Positions 39,487-49,157 of a stretch of 64,000 nucleotides of DNA are shown here, in pieces. Under the pieces are notes generated by a model that had not been told where the DNA came from, made no database searches, and worked only from the letters and a program-made list of their open reading frames with translations. The stretch comes from Pseudomonadota bacterium (GTDB lineage: Bacteria; Desulfobacterota; Desulfobacteria; Desulfobacterales; JBDRRP01), in the NCBI GenBank assembly GCA_043825735.1, contig JBDRRP010000152.1, positions 1 through 64,000 of the forward strand, given 5' to 3'. Within the stretch, counting starts at the first letter, position 1; each line of letters opens with the position of its first letter. The position numbers were made by a program, and so were the translations under genes.

Positions 39487-42400
39487 TCACACATCGTGTC
39501 CGGTATCCCGGCGTACCGTCACATCGCGCACGATGAGATACAGCGCCGGAACAAAGAGCAGCGTGAGAAATGTGGCCGCAATGAGGCCGAAGCTGATGCT
39601 CACCGCCATGGGGATGAGAAACTGGGCCTGGAAGCTTCGCTCCAAGAGCAGTGGAAAGAGCCCGGCCACGGTGGTGATGGAGGTGAGCAGCACCGGCCTG
39701 AAGCGCATGCGCCCGGACTGGAGGACGGCTTCTTCTACCGGCATGCCGTCTCTCACGGCCCGGTTGATGAAGTCGATGAGGATGAGGGCGTCGTTGACCA
39801 CGATCCCGGACAGCGCCACGATGCCGAAAATGCTCACGATCGTAAAGGACAGCCCCATGACCAGATGTCCGAAAATGGCGCCGATGAGCCCGAAGGGGAT
39901 GGCGATCATGATGATGACGGGCTGAATATATGAGCGGAACTGACTGGCCAGCAGCAGAAAAATCCCCATCAGGGCCAGCGAAAACCCCACCTTGAGACTG
40001 TCCAGGGACTCGCGGGTGCGCTTTTCCTGGCCTTCCAGATCGTAGGCAAGGCCCGGGTAGCGACGCTTAAGGTTCGGGAGAAAGTTCCGATCCAATTCTG
40101 TAACGATCTGACTGGCATTGGCCACGTTTTCGTCGATGTCACTGCTCACGGTAATATAACGGCGGCGGTCTGCCCGGCGGACCATGGAATAGGATCGGCC
40201 ATGGGTGATGTCTGCCACCTCCAGAAGGGGAATGGCCCTGCCGTCGGGCGTGCGGATCCACATGCGGTCCAGCCCGGACAGGGAATTGCGATCCTCCTCG
40301 GCGTAGCGCACGAGCACCTTGATGTCGTCCTTTCCCCGCTGTATGCGCACCGCCTCCTCACCGTAAAACGCCTGCCGCACCTGCCGGCCCAGGTCGCCCA
40401 TGGTCACCCCCAGCGAGCGGGCCCCGGGAAGGATATGGATCTGTTTTTCTTCTTTTCCCGGCTTGAAATTATCGGCCACATCGAAGGTGCCGGGAAAGCT
40501 CAACAGCTCGGTTTTGAGTTCTTCGGCCGCCAGTTGAAGCGTGTCGAACCGATCGCCGATCAGCCGGATCTCGATGGGGTTGCCGGCCGGCCCCCCTTCC
40601 ATGGTGTAGAAAGACAGCTGATCGATACCGGGGATTTCTCCCACCTGCCGGCGCCACTGGGACACCACCTCATTGACCGACACCCCGGGCCGTTGCGCCG
40701 ACGGCAGCAGCTCGATCCACACCTCTCCGCAGTGACCGCCGAAGACCGGCGGTTTCCAGTCGCGCCGCGGGATGGCCCCCACCAGTGAAAAGGAATTGAC
40801 GATCATCGGCGCCGCGCCCTCGATGCGGTCCTGGTAACCGGGATTAAGCTCCCGGGCCGCACGCTCGAGCCGGTCGATGGTCTCCCCGGTAATGGCGCTG
40901 GGGGTTCCCAAAGGGTAGTTCACCTCGGCAATGACCCAGTCGCTCTCTCCCTTGGCCATGAAAACGAAGGGGACGTAGCCGCCCCGGATGATACCGATAC
41001 TGATGATGAGCACCCCGACGCCGATGGCGAAGGCAAAATAGCGGTTGTCCACGACGTAGCGCAAGGCCGGCACATAAACCCCGTCGATAAACCGCTGCAG
41101 CCGGGCTTCCACCCGAAGCCTCAGGCGCACGTGCCAGGACGCCTTCTTCCCGCGATCCCGCTCCGAGCGCCGGAGTGCCCCATAAAGATGTGCCGGCAGG
41201 ATCAACAGCGCTTCCATGAGTGAAACGATAAGGATGGCGATCACCGCCTTTGGCATGACGGCGATAAATTTCCCCATGATGCCGGCGATAAAAAGCAGCG
41301 GCAAAAACGCCACCACCGTAGTGGACACCGCCATGACCACTGGCCCGCCCACCTCGGCAATACCATCCACCACCGCATCACGGGCATTTTTGCCCTGGTT
41401 AAAGTGGGTGTAGACATTTTCGCCCAGGATGATGGCATCGTCGACCAGAATCCCCAGGGTCATGATGAAAGCGAACAGGGAGATCATGTTGATGGTTTCA
41501 CCCATGCCATCGAGCACCATGAAGGCGCCCATGAAGGCGATCGGTATGCCCGCCGCCACCCAGAAGGCCAGCCGGATATTTAAAAAGAGCGCCAGCCCCA
41601 GAAACACCAGCACGATCCCCTGGGCGCCGTTTCTCAGCAGCAGATTGATCCGGTCACGCACCATTTCGGAAAGATCGAACCAGGTGGCAATGCGGACACC
41701 GGGCGGCATCTGCGCCGCATGCTGCGCCACATAAGCCTTCACGGTATCGGAGATGGCGATGATGTCTTCGTTCTTGGTTCGGTTGATCTGAACAAGGGCT
41801 GCCGGCGCCCCGTTGAATTTGGTGCGGATGTCGCTGTCTTCAAAGCCGTCGATGACCCGGGCCACCTGACCCAGCCTGATCAACGTGCCGTCTTCGGTAG
41901 TGATGAGGGGCAGCGTCTCGAACTGCCGGCCGGTATAGCGGCGCCCTTCCGCCCGGATGAGGATTTCCCCCTGAGCCGTTTTGATCCGCCCCCCCGGCAG
42001 GTCGAGGCTGCCGGTGCGGATGGCCCTCACCACGTGGTCAAAAGTGAGGTCGTACTGCCGCAGGTTTTCTTCCGACACCTCCACGGCCATCTCGTAATTG
42101 CGCACCCCCACCAGCGTGGCCAGGGATATGGCCGGCGTGGTGACAAGATCGTCCCGAATCTCTTCTGCCAGCCGCCTTAAAAGCCGTTCACCGACAGGGC
42201 CGTAAACGGCCACGGTGATGGCTGGGTTGCGATTGACGATTTCGGTGATAACCGGGTCTTCGGCCTCTTCGGGAAAATTGTCGATGAGATCCACCTGGGT
42301 CCTGAGATCGTCCATGACCCTCTGGATATCCGCTTCGCTGTCCAGTTCGACGGTCACCGATCCGTTACCTTCGCGGGCGGTGCTGAATGTCTTGGAAATG

Positions 42401-42630
42401 CCCTCGATGCCTTTGATTTGCTCTTCGATTTTGATGCAGACGCCTTCTTCCACCTCTTCCGGGCTTGCCCCCGGGTAGTCCACCGACACGTTGATCATGT
42501 CCAGGGTGAACTGGGGAAACATTTCCCGCCGCATCCCGAGGAGCGTTATCAGCCCGGCGACAAGAATAAAAAGCATGATCAGATTGACGGTAACCTTGTT
42601 GTCAACGGACCATTTGGCGATGGATTTCAT
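39487..42630 (-). CDS. RND (AcrB/AcrD/AcrF family) efflux permease
   Basis: 1047 aa; GILVDDAII, VNDALIL, RFRPVLLT. Confidence 0.93.
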   Translation of the reverse strand: MKSIAKWSVDNKVTVNLIMLFILVAGLITLLGMRREMFPQFTLDMINVSVDYPGASPEEVEEGVCIKIEEQIKGIEGISKTFSTAREGNGSVTVELDSEADIQRVMDDLRTQVDLIDNFPEEAEDPVITEIVNRNPAITVAVYGPVGERLLRRLAEEIRDDLVTTPAISLATLVGVRNYEMAVEVSEENLRQYDLTFDHVVRAIRTGSLDLPGGRIKTAQGEILIRAEGRRYTGRQFETLPLITTEDGTLIRLGQVARVIDGFEDSDIRTKFNGAPAALVQINRTKNEDIIAISDTVKAYVAQHAAQMPPGVRIATWFDLSEMVRDRINLLLRNGAQGIVLVFLGLALFLNIRLAFWVAAGIPIAFMGAFMVLDGMGETINMISLFAFIMTLGILVDDAIILGENVYTHFNQGKNARDAVVDGIAEVGGPVVMAVSTTVVAFLPLLFIAGIMGKFIAVMPKAVIAILIVSLMEALLILPAHLYGALRRSERDRGKKASWHVRLRLRVEARLQRFIDGVYVPALRYVVDNRYFAFAIGVGVLIISIGIIRGGYVPFVFMAKGESDWVIAEVNYPLGTPSAITGETIDRLERAARELNPGYQDRIEGAAPMIVNSFSLVGAIPRRDWKPPVFGGHCGEVWIELLPSAQRPGVSVNEVVSQWRRQVGEIPGIDQLSFYTMEGGPAGNPIEIRLIGDRFDTLQLAAEELKTELLSFPGTFDVADNFKPGKEEKQIHILPGARSLGVTMGDLGRQVRQAFYGEEAVRIQRGKDDIKVLVRYAEEDRNSLSGLDRMWIRTPDGRAIPLLEVADITHGRSYSMVRRADRRRYITVSSDIDENVANASQIVTELDRNFLPNLKRRYPGLAYDLEGQEKRTRESLDSLKVGFSLALMGIFLLLASQFRSYIQPVIIMIAIPFGLIGAIFGHLVMGLSFTIVSIFGIVALSGIVVNDALILIDFINRAVRDGMPVEEAVLQSGRMRFRPVLLTSITTVAGLFPLLLERSFQAQFLIPMAVSISFGLIAATFLTLLFVPALYLIVRDVTVRRDTGHDV

Positions 42631-43955
42631 TGATCAGAGGGCCCGGCTGGAGGCAAGAGGGGTTGGGTTTCGGCGCCGGCGGCACCGCGAATGGGCATTC
42701 CCGCCACCGCGCCCATCAGCGGAGTGCTGATAACCCGGTCACCGGTGGTAAGCCCGGCGGTCACGAAAACCTCGTCCAGATAGCGCCGCATCACCGTGAC
42801 CGGCTGAATCTTCAACCGGTCGCCGTCTGCCAGATAGACCACGTCTCCGGGGTAGACCACGTGACGCGGAAGCACGATCATATCGGAAACGGTCCGCCCG
42901 AGGATGCGCACGGTGACAAACATTCCCGGCAGCAGTTGCAAGGCGTCCGCAGAACGCGTTTCAGCGTTGCCGGCTGGCGGCTCGGCGTCGACGGCGACCA
43001 CGATGGGAAGGGTGCGGGTTTTGGCGTCCACCGCGGCCTGGGTGCGAGCGATCCGTGCCGGCCAGCGCCCCGCTGCCGTATGGCCGGAGACGCTGATCTC
43101 CGCGGCAAGCAAGGCAATGTTTCCTGAGGCGTCCCGGAGCCAGGGAAGATCTTCTATTGGCACCCGGATATCTACTTCCAGTTCGCCCTGGCGATAAATG
43201 ATCCCCAGCGGCGCACCGGCGGACACATGCTCGCCGGTTTCCACCCGCTTTTCCAGCACCCGCCCGTCAAAAGGCGCCACCGTGCGGGTCCGCTCGAGAT
43301 TCAGCAATGCCTGACGGTGCAGGACGTGGGCCATCTCAAGGGCGGCTGCGGCCTGCCGGCGTGTCACCGGAATCAGGACCGCCTCGTTCTCCAGACCCTG
43401 CAGCCGCTCCCGGCTCGACAGATAACGCTGATGTGCCTGATCACGCTGCGTTACGGAGGACACTTTCAGGTCGGCCAGTTCGTTGAGCCGCTGGTATTCG
43501 GTGTGCGCCAGCGCGGCGTTGGCCCGGGTGAGCGCGGTGAGGGCCTCAAGATTGGCGGCCCTCTGGTCGATGGCCTCGATCTCGGTCCGGGCCTGCTGAA
43601 TCTGGACGGCCAACCGCGCCGCTTCCAGTTCGTAATCTCTGGGATCGATGGTCAGCAGCACGGTGCCGGCGGTAAAGGCGCCGCCATCGGTGAATGCGGG
43701 GTCAAGACGCGTGATGGTGCCGCGCACCTGGGCCACCAGATTGACCTGCTCACCGGGACTCACCGTTCCATAGGCCTCGACCGGCATTGTAACGGTGGTG
43801 ATCACTGGTGTGAGGGTCTCCACCAATTGCCCGGATCGCTCCGGGGGGCGCTTTTGTGCCCGGGGACGCACAGCAACGAGCACCACGGCCACCGCAACGG
43901 CAATGACCAATACCACCAGCACCCGGATAAATCGGAAGAGACCGCCTTTTTTCAT
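42627..43955 (-). CDS. RND periplasmic adaptor (MFP)
   Basis: N-terminal TM, long coiled coil, APFDG, LLPGMF. Confidence 0.9.
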   Translation of the reverse strand: MKKGGLFRFIRVLVVLVIAVAVAVVLVAVRPRAQKRPPERSGQLVETLTPVITTVTMPVEAYGTVSPGEQVNLVAQVRGTITRLDPAFTDGGAFTAGTVLLTIDPRDYELEAARLAVQIQQARTEIEAIDQRAANLEALTALTRANAALAHTEYQRLNELADLKVSSVTQRDQAHQRYLSSRERLQGLENEAVLIPVTRRQAAAALEMAHVLHRQALLNLERTRTVAPFDGRVLEKRVETGEHVSAGAPLGIIYRQGELEVDIRVPIEDLPWLRDASGNIALLAAEISVSGHTAAGRWPARIARTQAAVDAKTRTLPIVVAVDAEPPAGNAETRSADALQLLPGMFVTVRILGRTVSDMIVLPRHVVYPGDVVYLADGDRLKIQPVTVMRRYLDEVFVTAGLTTGDRVISTPLMGAVAGMPIRGAAGAETQPLLPPAGPSDQ

Positions 43956-44034
43956 GCTCGAAGAACCTGTATCTTGATCGGCAGGTGATTAATTACCACG
44001 AAGTTCACGAAGGCCACGAAGAAAACTAAATCCA

Positions 44035-44327
44035 TTATCTGGTTATGCACTATTTTCCAGTTGGGGTTCTGGCTGTTTTGTAGGGGAGGGGTTCATCCCC
44101 TCCCGCGATCGGCTAAGATAACCCCAACCGTTCTTGTTCACCGATCACGGGCGGGGATCAGCCTTCGCCAAGGCTACGGCGGCCAGGTAAACCCCGCGCC
44201 CTACACGGTTTAGTGCCCCCCGGGTGCCCATATGGAATGCCGCGACGGGCGCTTCGGTGCAATGACGAATTTTAAATGTTCAAACAGCGCCTGCCCATTC
44301 ACTGGAGAATAGTGCATAACCAGGTAA
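44035..44327. mobile_element. Miniature inverted-repeat element family B, copy 2
   Basis: TIRs TTATCTGGTTATGCACTATTTTCCAG / CTGGAGAATAGTGCATAACCAGGTAA. Confidence 0.82.
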
Positions 44328-44661
44328 CCCAATTTGGAACCGCCGCAACAAAAACCCGTTTTCGCGCAGAGACGCAGAGACGCAGAGGAACCCAAATTTG
44401 AAAACCGCAAAAACCACAGTTGGTGGTAAGAAACGCCTTTACCGCCGTGCAAAAAATGTTTCCTCTCGTTTCAGATTCAGTTGTTCTCAGCGTCTTCGTG
44501 GTTTCACGGTTGAACCGATTTTTCCCTCCGTGTTCTCTGAGAACTCCGTGGTTCAAACGGTTTTTGCCCCGGAATGCCCCTGCAAGCGCACAATGTTACC
44601 GAATGGCAAACAATTCCTGTCTCTTAGATGATTCGAAGCGTTATATCAATGCCCGCAAACA

Positions 44662-44697
44662 GAAAACCGGCACTGGATCCCTCCAGCGCCGGCTTTC
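44662..44697 (-). terminator. Probable intrinsic terminator after etfA
   Basis: GC hairpin CCGGCGCTGGA/TCCAGTGCCGG followed by TTTTCT on minus strand. Confidence 0.6.
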
Positions 44698-44726
44698 AGC
44701 TTTTCGCCGATAATCACCGCAGGTGA

Positions 44727-45695
44727 TTATAAGGATTCGATTTTTTCCGTGAGCTCAGGCAGGAACTCCAGGATGTCGGCGACGATACCCACATCGGCCA
44801 CTTGGAAAATAGGGGCCTTGGCGTTTTTGTTGATGGCGATGATAAAGGGGTTACCCTTGATGCCCCCCATGTGCTGGAAAGAACCGCTGATGCCGCAGGC
44901 CATGTAGACCTTGGGTTTCACTGTCTGGCCCGAAGTGCCCACCTGGCGGGATTTTTCAAGCCACTTGGCATCCACGATAGGCCGTGAGCAGGAGACGACC
45001 GCACCCATGGCCTCGGCCAGATCCTGGGCGATTTCGATGTTCTCCTGATCTTCGATGCCCCGGCCGATGGAGACCAGCACATCGGATTTGGTGATGTCCA
45101 CATCCCCCACTTCAGCGACAACGGTTTCAAGATATTTGCGCTGGGCGGTAAGATCACCCAGTGCGCCGGACTTGTCCACCACCGCACCGGCGGCGGCAGC
45201 GCTCTCGTCAGCGGCGATGGCGCCGGGACGAAAAGTAACCACAGCGCCCGCGGACATGTCGCAGTCCACGTGAGTGCTCACCTGACCGCCGAATTCCTGG
45301 CGGACCAATTTCAGCGTACCGCCGTCGACACCGGCGATTTCAACCACATCGGAAACGAAGGCCGAATCCAGTTTGACCGAAAGGCCGGGGGCCAAATCCA
45401 TGCCGAAAGTGTCGTTGGCCGCCAGGACCAGGGCATCGGCGGGCAGCAGGTTCACCAGTGCTTTTCTCACCGCTTCGGCGTTTGGGTAGGCCAGGGCGGC
45501 GTTGTCCATCTTCCAGACTTCGGCAAAAGACGGGGCCAACGCGGTGCAAACGGCATCCAGCTCAGCACCGGAGCCGCTCACCAACGCAGTGACCGACGCG
45601 CCGGCATCAATTTTTTTCGCCGCAGCAACCAGCTCCAGCGCGGTATCATCGGCAACCCCATTCTTGTGGACGATAACTGCAAAAATCTGAGCCAT
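44727..45695 (-). CDS. etfA: Electron transfer flavoprotein alpha subunit
   Basis: SRPIVD, QVGTSGQTV, GISGSFQH, AINKN..APIF. Confidence 0.95.
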   Translation of the reverse strand: MAQIFAVIVHKNGVADDTALELVAAAKKIDAGASVTALVSGSGAELDAVCTALAPSFAEVWKMDNAALAYPNAEAVRKALVNLLPADALVLAANDTFGMDLAPGLSVKLDSAFVSDVVEIAGVDGGTLKLVRQEFGGQVSTHVDCDMSAGAVVTFRPGAIAADESAAAAGAVVDKSGALGDLTAQRKYLETVVAEVGDVDITKSDVLVSIGRGIEDQENIEIAQDLAEAMGAVVSCSRPIVDAKWLEKSRQVGTSGQTVKPKVYMACGISGSFQHMGGIKGNPFIIAINKNAKAPIFQVADVGIVADILEFLPELTEKIESL

Positions 45696-46468
45696 TATTT
45701 CAGCCCTCCTTTAGCTTTGAGCATTTCAATGAGTTTATCGATGATCTCATCGGTGCTGCCTTCGAGCATTTCGGCGCCGTCACCGAGTTGCGGCATGAAA
45801 TAGTCCACCCGCTTGACCTTGACGGCGGCGACCGCCAACCCCAAATCACCAGCGCCCATGGTAGGGATCTCCACCGAGGCCACCTTACGGATGCCGCGGA
45901 TGCCCACGTATCGGGGTTCGTTGATGCCGGTCTGGATAGACAGCACGCAGGGCATCGAAATCTCGTTCATCTCCTGGTTGCCGCCTTCGATCTCACGGCC
46001 CACAGTGAGTTTGCCGTCATCCACCGTGATCTTGTTGACCAGAGAGGCAAAGGGGACATCCATGAGGGCCGCCAGCATACCGCCCACCTGACCGGCACCG
46101 TCGTCGGCCTGTGCGCCGGTGAGCACCAAGTCGTAGTTGCCCTTGTCCACAACGGCCTTGAGCGCAGCGGCGATGCCTTTGCCGTCCGCGCCATTAAGAG
46201 CGTCGTCGCTCACCAGGATGCCGTTATTGGCGCCCATGGCCATCTCCCGGCGAAGCACTTCTTCGTCGTCTTCTTCACCGACGGTCACCACGGTCACATT
46301 CCCGCCGACCTTATCCACGATCTGAATGGCTTCTTCCACCGCGTAGTTGTCCCACTCGTTGATCGAGTAAACGAGATCGTCGCGTTCGATATCGTTGCCC
46401 GCACTGTTGAGCGCGATCTCGTTTTCAGAGGTGTCTGGCACCCGTTTGACACATACCAAGATCTCCAT
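45695..46468 (-). CDS. etfB: Electron transfer flavoprotein beta subunit
   Basis: VCVKRVPD, AVEEA, AMGA, NEPRY. Confidence 0.95.
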   Translation of the reverse strand: MEILVCVKRVPDTSENEIALNSAGNDIERDDLVYSINEWDNYAVEEAIQIVDKVGGNVTVVTVGEEDDEEVLRREMAMGANNGILVSDDALNGADGKGIAAALKAVVDKGNYDLVLTGAQADDGAGQVGGMLAALMDVPFASLVNKITVDDGKLTVGREIEGGNQEMNEISMPCVLSIQTGINEPRYVGIRGIRKVASVEIPTMGAGDLGLAVAAVKVKRVDYFMPQLGDGAEMLEGSTDEIIDKLIEMLKAKGGLK

Positions 46469-46529
46469 AATGATCCTCCCCGATAATGATGTTTCAGATA
46501 AAACTACTGCTTATCGATCTGATATTCAG

Positions 46530-48611
46530 TTAGTTTGATAAATGCTTTGCCACCAGCTCTGACAGGTCGATGGCCTCCATTTTACCTTCCAGCCCCGCCA
46601 CCTTGATGGCGTCTTCCATGTTCACCAGACAGAACGGGCATGCTGTGACGATGACGTTGGCACCCGCCTCGGCGGCCATCTTTACGCGCAACACCCCCAT
46701 CCGCTCATCTTCCTCGGGTTCATAAAAGAGCATCAGTCCGCCGCCGCCGCAGCAGAAAGAACGGTCCCGGCTCCGGATCATCTCCACCCGGGTAAGCCCC
46801 GGGATCGCGTCGAGCACGAACCGGGGATCGTCGTAAAGGTTGTTGTGACGGCCCAGGTAGCAGGGGTCATGATACGTGTAGACGTTGCCGTTGCCCTCCA
46901 CTGCCGCCAGCCGCAAAGTGCCGTTTTTGATGGCCGCTGCCATGATCTGGCTGATATGGGCCACCGGCGGCACGCCGGTGTAATCGTTTTTGAGCGCGTT
47001 GAAGGCGTGGGGATCGGCGGTGACGATGCGCTTGACGCCGGCATCCTGAATGGCATCGGTGTTCTGGTCTCTGAGATTCTGAAAAAGCATTTCTTCACCA
47101 AAGCGCCGGGCCTCGTGACCGCTGTCTTTTTCGGCCTTGCCCAAAATACCGAAATCCACTCCGGCGGCATCCAGAACCGTTGCCGTGGCCTGGGCAATGC
47201 CCTGCATCCGGTCGTCGTAGGAAGATATGCTGTCTACGAAATAGAGCGTATCGGCGGTGTCACCACTGTCGAGTTCCTTGACCGTGCAGCGCTCGGCAAA
47301 GTCCTTGTCTTTCACGGCCCAGTCGGCACGCTTTTTTTCCATCTTGCCCCATGGGTTGCCCCGTTTTTCAAGCGCGCTCAATGGCTTCTGGAGGCTCTGA
47401 GGCACCGTTCCTTCATCAACCATGCCGCGCCGCAGGTCCACGATCTTGTCGATGTATTCGATCCCCAGGGGGCACTCCTGCTCGCAGGCACCGCAGGTCG
47501 TACAGGACCAGATCTCATCCTCCTCATACACCCGCCCCATGAGCGGTTCGCTCTTTAAGAATGGTGCGCCCACCGGGTAGAAAGGATAGTTTTTAAAGAT
47601 CTCATTGCGTCCCTTGATAGAAATGAACCGAGGCGACAGGGGTCTGCCGACGGCATTGGCCGGGCAGTTGTCCGAGCAGCGTCCGCAGTCGGCGCAGGAA
47701 TAAAAATCAAGGATGTGTTTCCACGTAAAATCTTCGATCTTCTTCACACCGAAGGACTCCAGCTCGTCCAGTCCCTCATCGCTCACTCCGTATCGCACCG
47801 GCTTCACAGTGCCGGTCTGCACCCGCATGAAAAGCACGTTGAAAAGAGAGGTGATGACATGAAAATGTTTTCCCAGAGGCAGAAAGCACAGGAAGAAAAA
47901 GAAAGTCAGATCGTGGATGTAGTAGGATACCAGATGCACCACTTGGAGCCGGTCCACTGGCGTGTTGGCCAACAGCCGCTGAAACAGCCATGGCAGTGAC
48001 AGGGGCGCCAGCAGGTGAGCATCCATCCCCTTTTGAAGACTGGCTGCAGCCTCTGAGGCCTCAAACAGGCTTTCGGACACCATCAGCGTGGCGATAAGGC
48101 CCAAAACAAAGAGCGCCTCACCGGTGTGGTCTTTACCGTATTTGGCCGGCACCGAGTAGCGGGCCGGCTTGACGATGCCGCGACGCACTGCCGCGATGGA
48201 CACGCTCACCAGCACCATGGTGGCTGCGTAGTCTTTCAGGAAACTGTAGATGCTGCCGATCACCCCGTCCAGCCCCGGCGGTACGAAGCCGTCGACAATC
48301 CCGATCACCACAAGCTGAAACGATCGCAGACCGAGAATCAGAAAACCGGCAAACAGCAGGATGTGCAGAACACCGGCGGTCATGTACCGGGGATGGCGCC
48401 ACTGGGCGAGCCAGATTTTCAAGACATTGGCGACGCGTTCGGGCCAGCGGTTGAAACGGTTGTCCGGTGCGGCCTTCACCAGCGGTGCCAACCGGTTGGC
48501 GATGATGTAGGCAAACACCGCCACACCGACAATGGGAATCACCAGAGAAAAAATTACCGTCGGAATGAAAAGAAAAAATGCCTTTGCCGGTCCTACCAGA
48601 GCGGTTTCCAT
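46530..48611 (-). CDS. Membrane Fe-S oxidoreductase (FadF-like; putative ETF:quinone oxidoreductase)
   Basis: N-terminal TMs, CADCGRCSDNCP, CTTCGACEQECP, YHDPC, CCGGGG, TACPFC; upstream of etfBA. Confidence 0.88.
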   Translation of the reverse strand: METALVGPAKAFFLFIPTVIFSLVIPIVGVAVFAYIIANRLAPLVKAAPDNRFNRWPERVANVLKIWLAQWRHPRYMTAGVLHILLFAGFLILGLRSFQLVVIGIVDGFVPPGLDGVIGSIYSFLKDYAATMVLVSVSIAAVRRGIVKPARYSVPAKYGKDHTGEALFVLGLIATLMVSESLFEASEAAASLQKGMDAHLLAPLSLPWLFQRLLANTPVDRLQVVHLVSYYIHDLTFFFFLCFLPLGKHFHVITSLFNVLFMRVQTGTVKPVRYGVSDEGLDELESFGVKKIEDFTWKHILDFYSCADCGRCSDNCPANAVGRPLSPRFISIKGRNEIFKNYPFYPVGAPFLKSEPLMGRVYEEDEIWSCTTCGACEQECPLGIEYIDKIVDLRRGMVDEGTVPQSLQKPLSALEKRGNPWGKMEKKRADWAVKDKDFAERCTVKELDSGDTADTLYFVDSISSYDDRMQGIAQATATVLDAAGVDFGILGKAEKDSGHEARRFGEEMLFQNLRDQNTDAIQDAGVKRIVTADPHAFNALKNDYTGVPPVAHISQIMAAAIKNGTLRLAAVEGNGNVYTYHDPCYLGRHNNLYDDPRFVLDAIPGLTRVEMIRSRDRSFCCGGGGLMLFYEPEEDERMGVLRVKMAAEAGANVIVTACPFCLVNMEDAIKVAGLEGKMEAIDLSELVAKHLSN

Positions 48612-48690
48612 AGTGCCGTACCTCGTCCCTCCTCAAGATTCATGAATGGATACGGACACTGAAATGCCGGATCCAAAAGTGAACAGGCAA

Positions 48691-48708
48691 TGAATGAATA
48701 TTCATTCA
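48691..48708. promoter_or_regulatory. FadR-type operator (perfect palindrome)
   Basis: TGAATGAATATTCATTCA just downstream of minus-strand TTGACA (48733-48738). Confidence 0.85.
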
Positions 48709-49024
48709 GTGATTACCGGGAGCGTATCGCCCTGTCAAGAAAAAAACGCCGTAGCGAGGCCTTCCGTACTGTGGACGATGCTGCGCATGCATGATCGCTC
48801 CGGCACCGAAACACGCGGTTCCACCCGCCACGTTACCGCGCATAAGGTCCAGGATGATTGGGGGTAGGAGCCCATATTTGATGCTGATTTGATAAACCCG
48901 CAGTCAGCGCCAGGCGGTCTGCTACCGCCCCGCACAGACTGCGGGCAAACCGTTTATGGCACAGTTTTGATGAAAGTAAAAGCGGTTTGCCGGAATCAAA
49001 CTCAAATGGTCGCCATATGCCTGG

Positions 49025-49054
49025 TTGACAAGATGAGGGTCCATTCATTATATA
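49025..49054 (+). promoter_or_regulatory. Putative sigma70 promoter of acyl-CoA ligase with degenerate FadR box in spacer
   Basis: TTGACA 49025-49030; AAGATGAGGGTCCATTCA 49030-49047; AT-rich -10 region. Confidence 0.5.
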
Positions 49055-49157
49055 TGGCACATATTGAATCGATCTTTCGCCCTGTATCGGTTCAGCCGAA
49101 CCGGTAAAGGGGCGACAAACCGGCTACCGCCCCATTTCCGGGGCAAGGAGGCTCCAC

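Noticed and set aside
30629..43955. Missing TolC beside both RND pairs
   Set aside because: Outer-membrane channels are commonly encoded elsewhere
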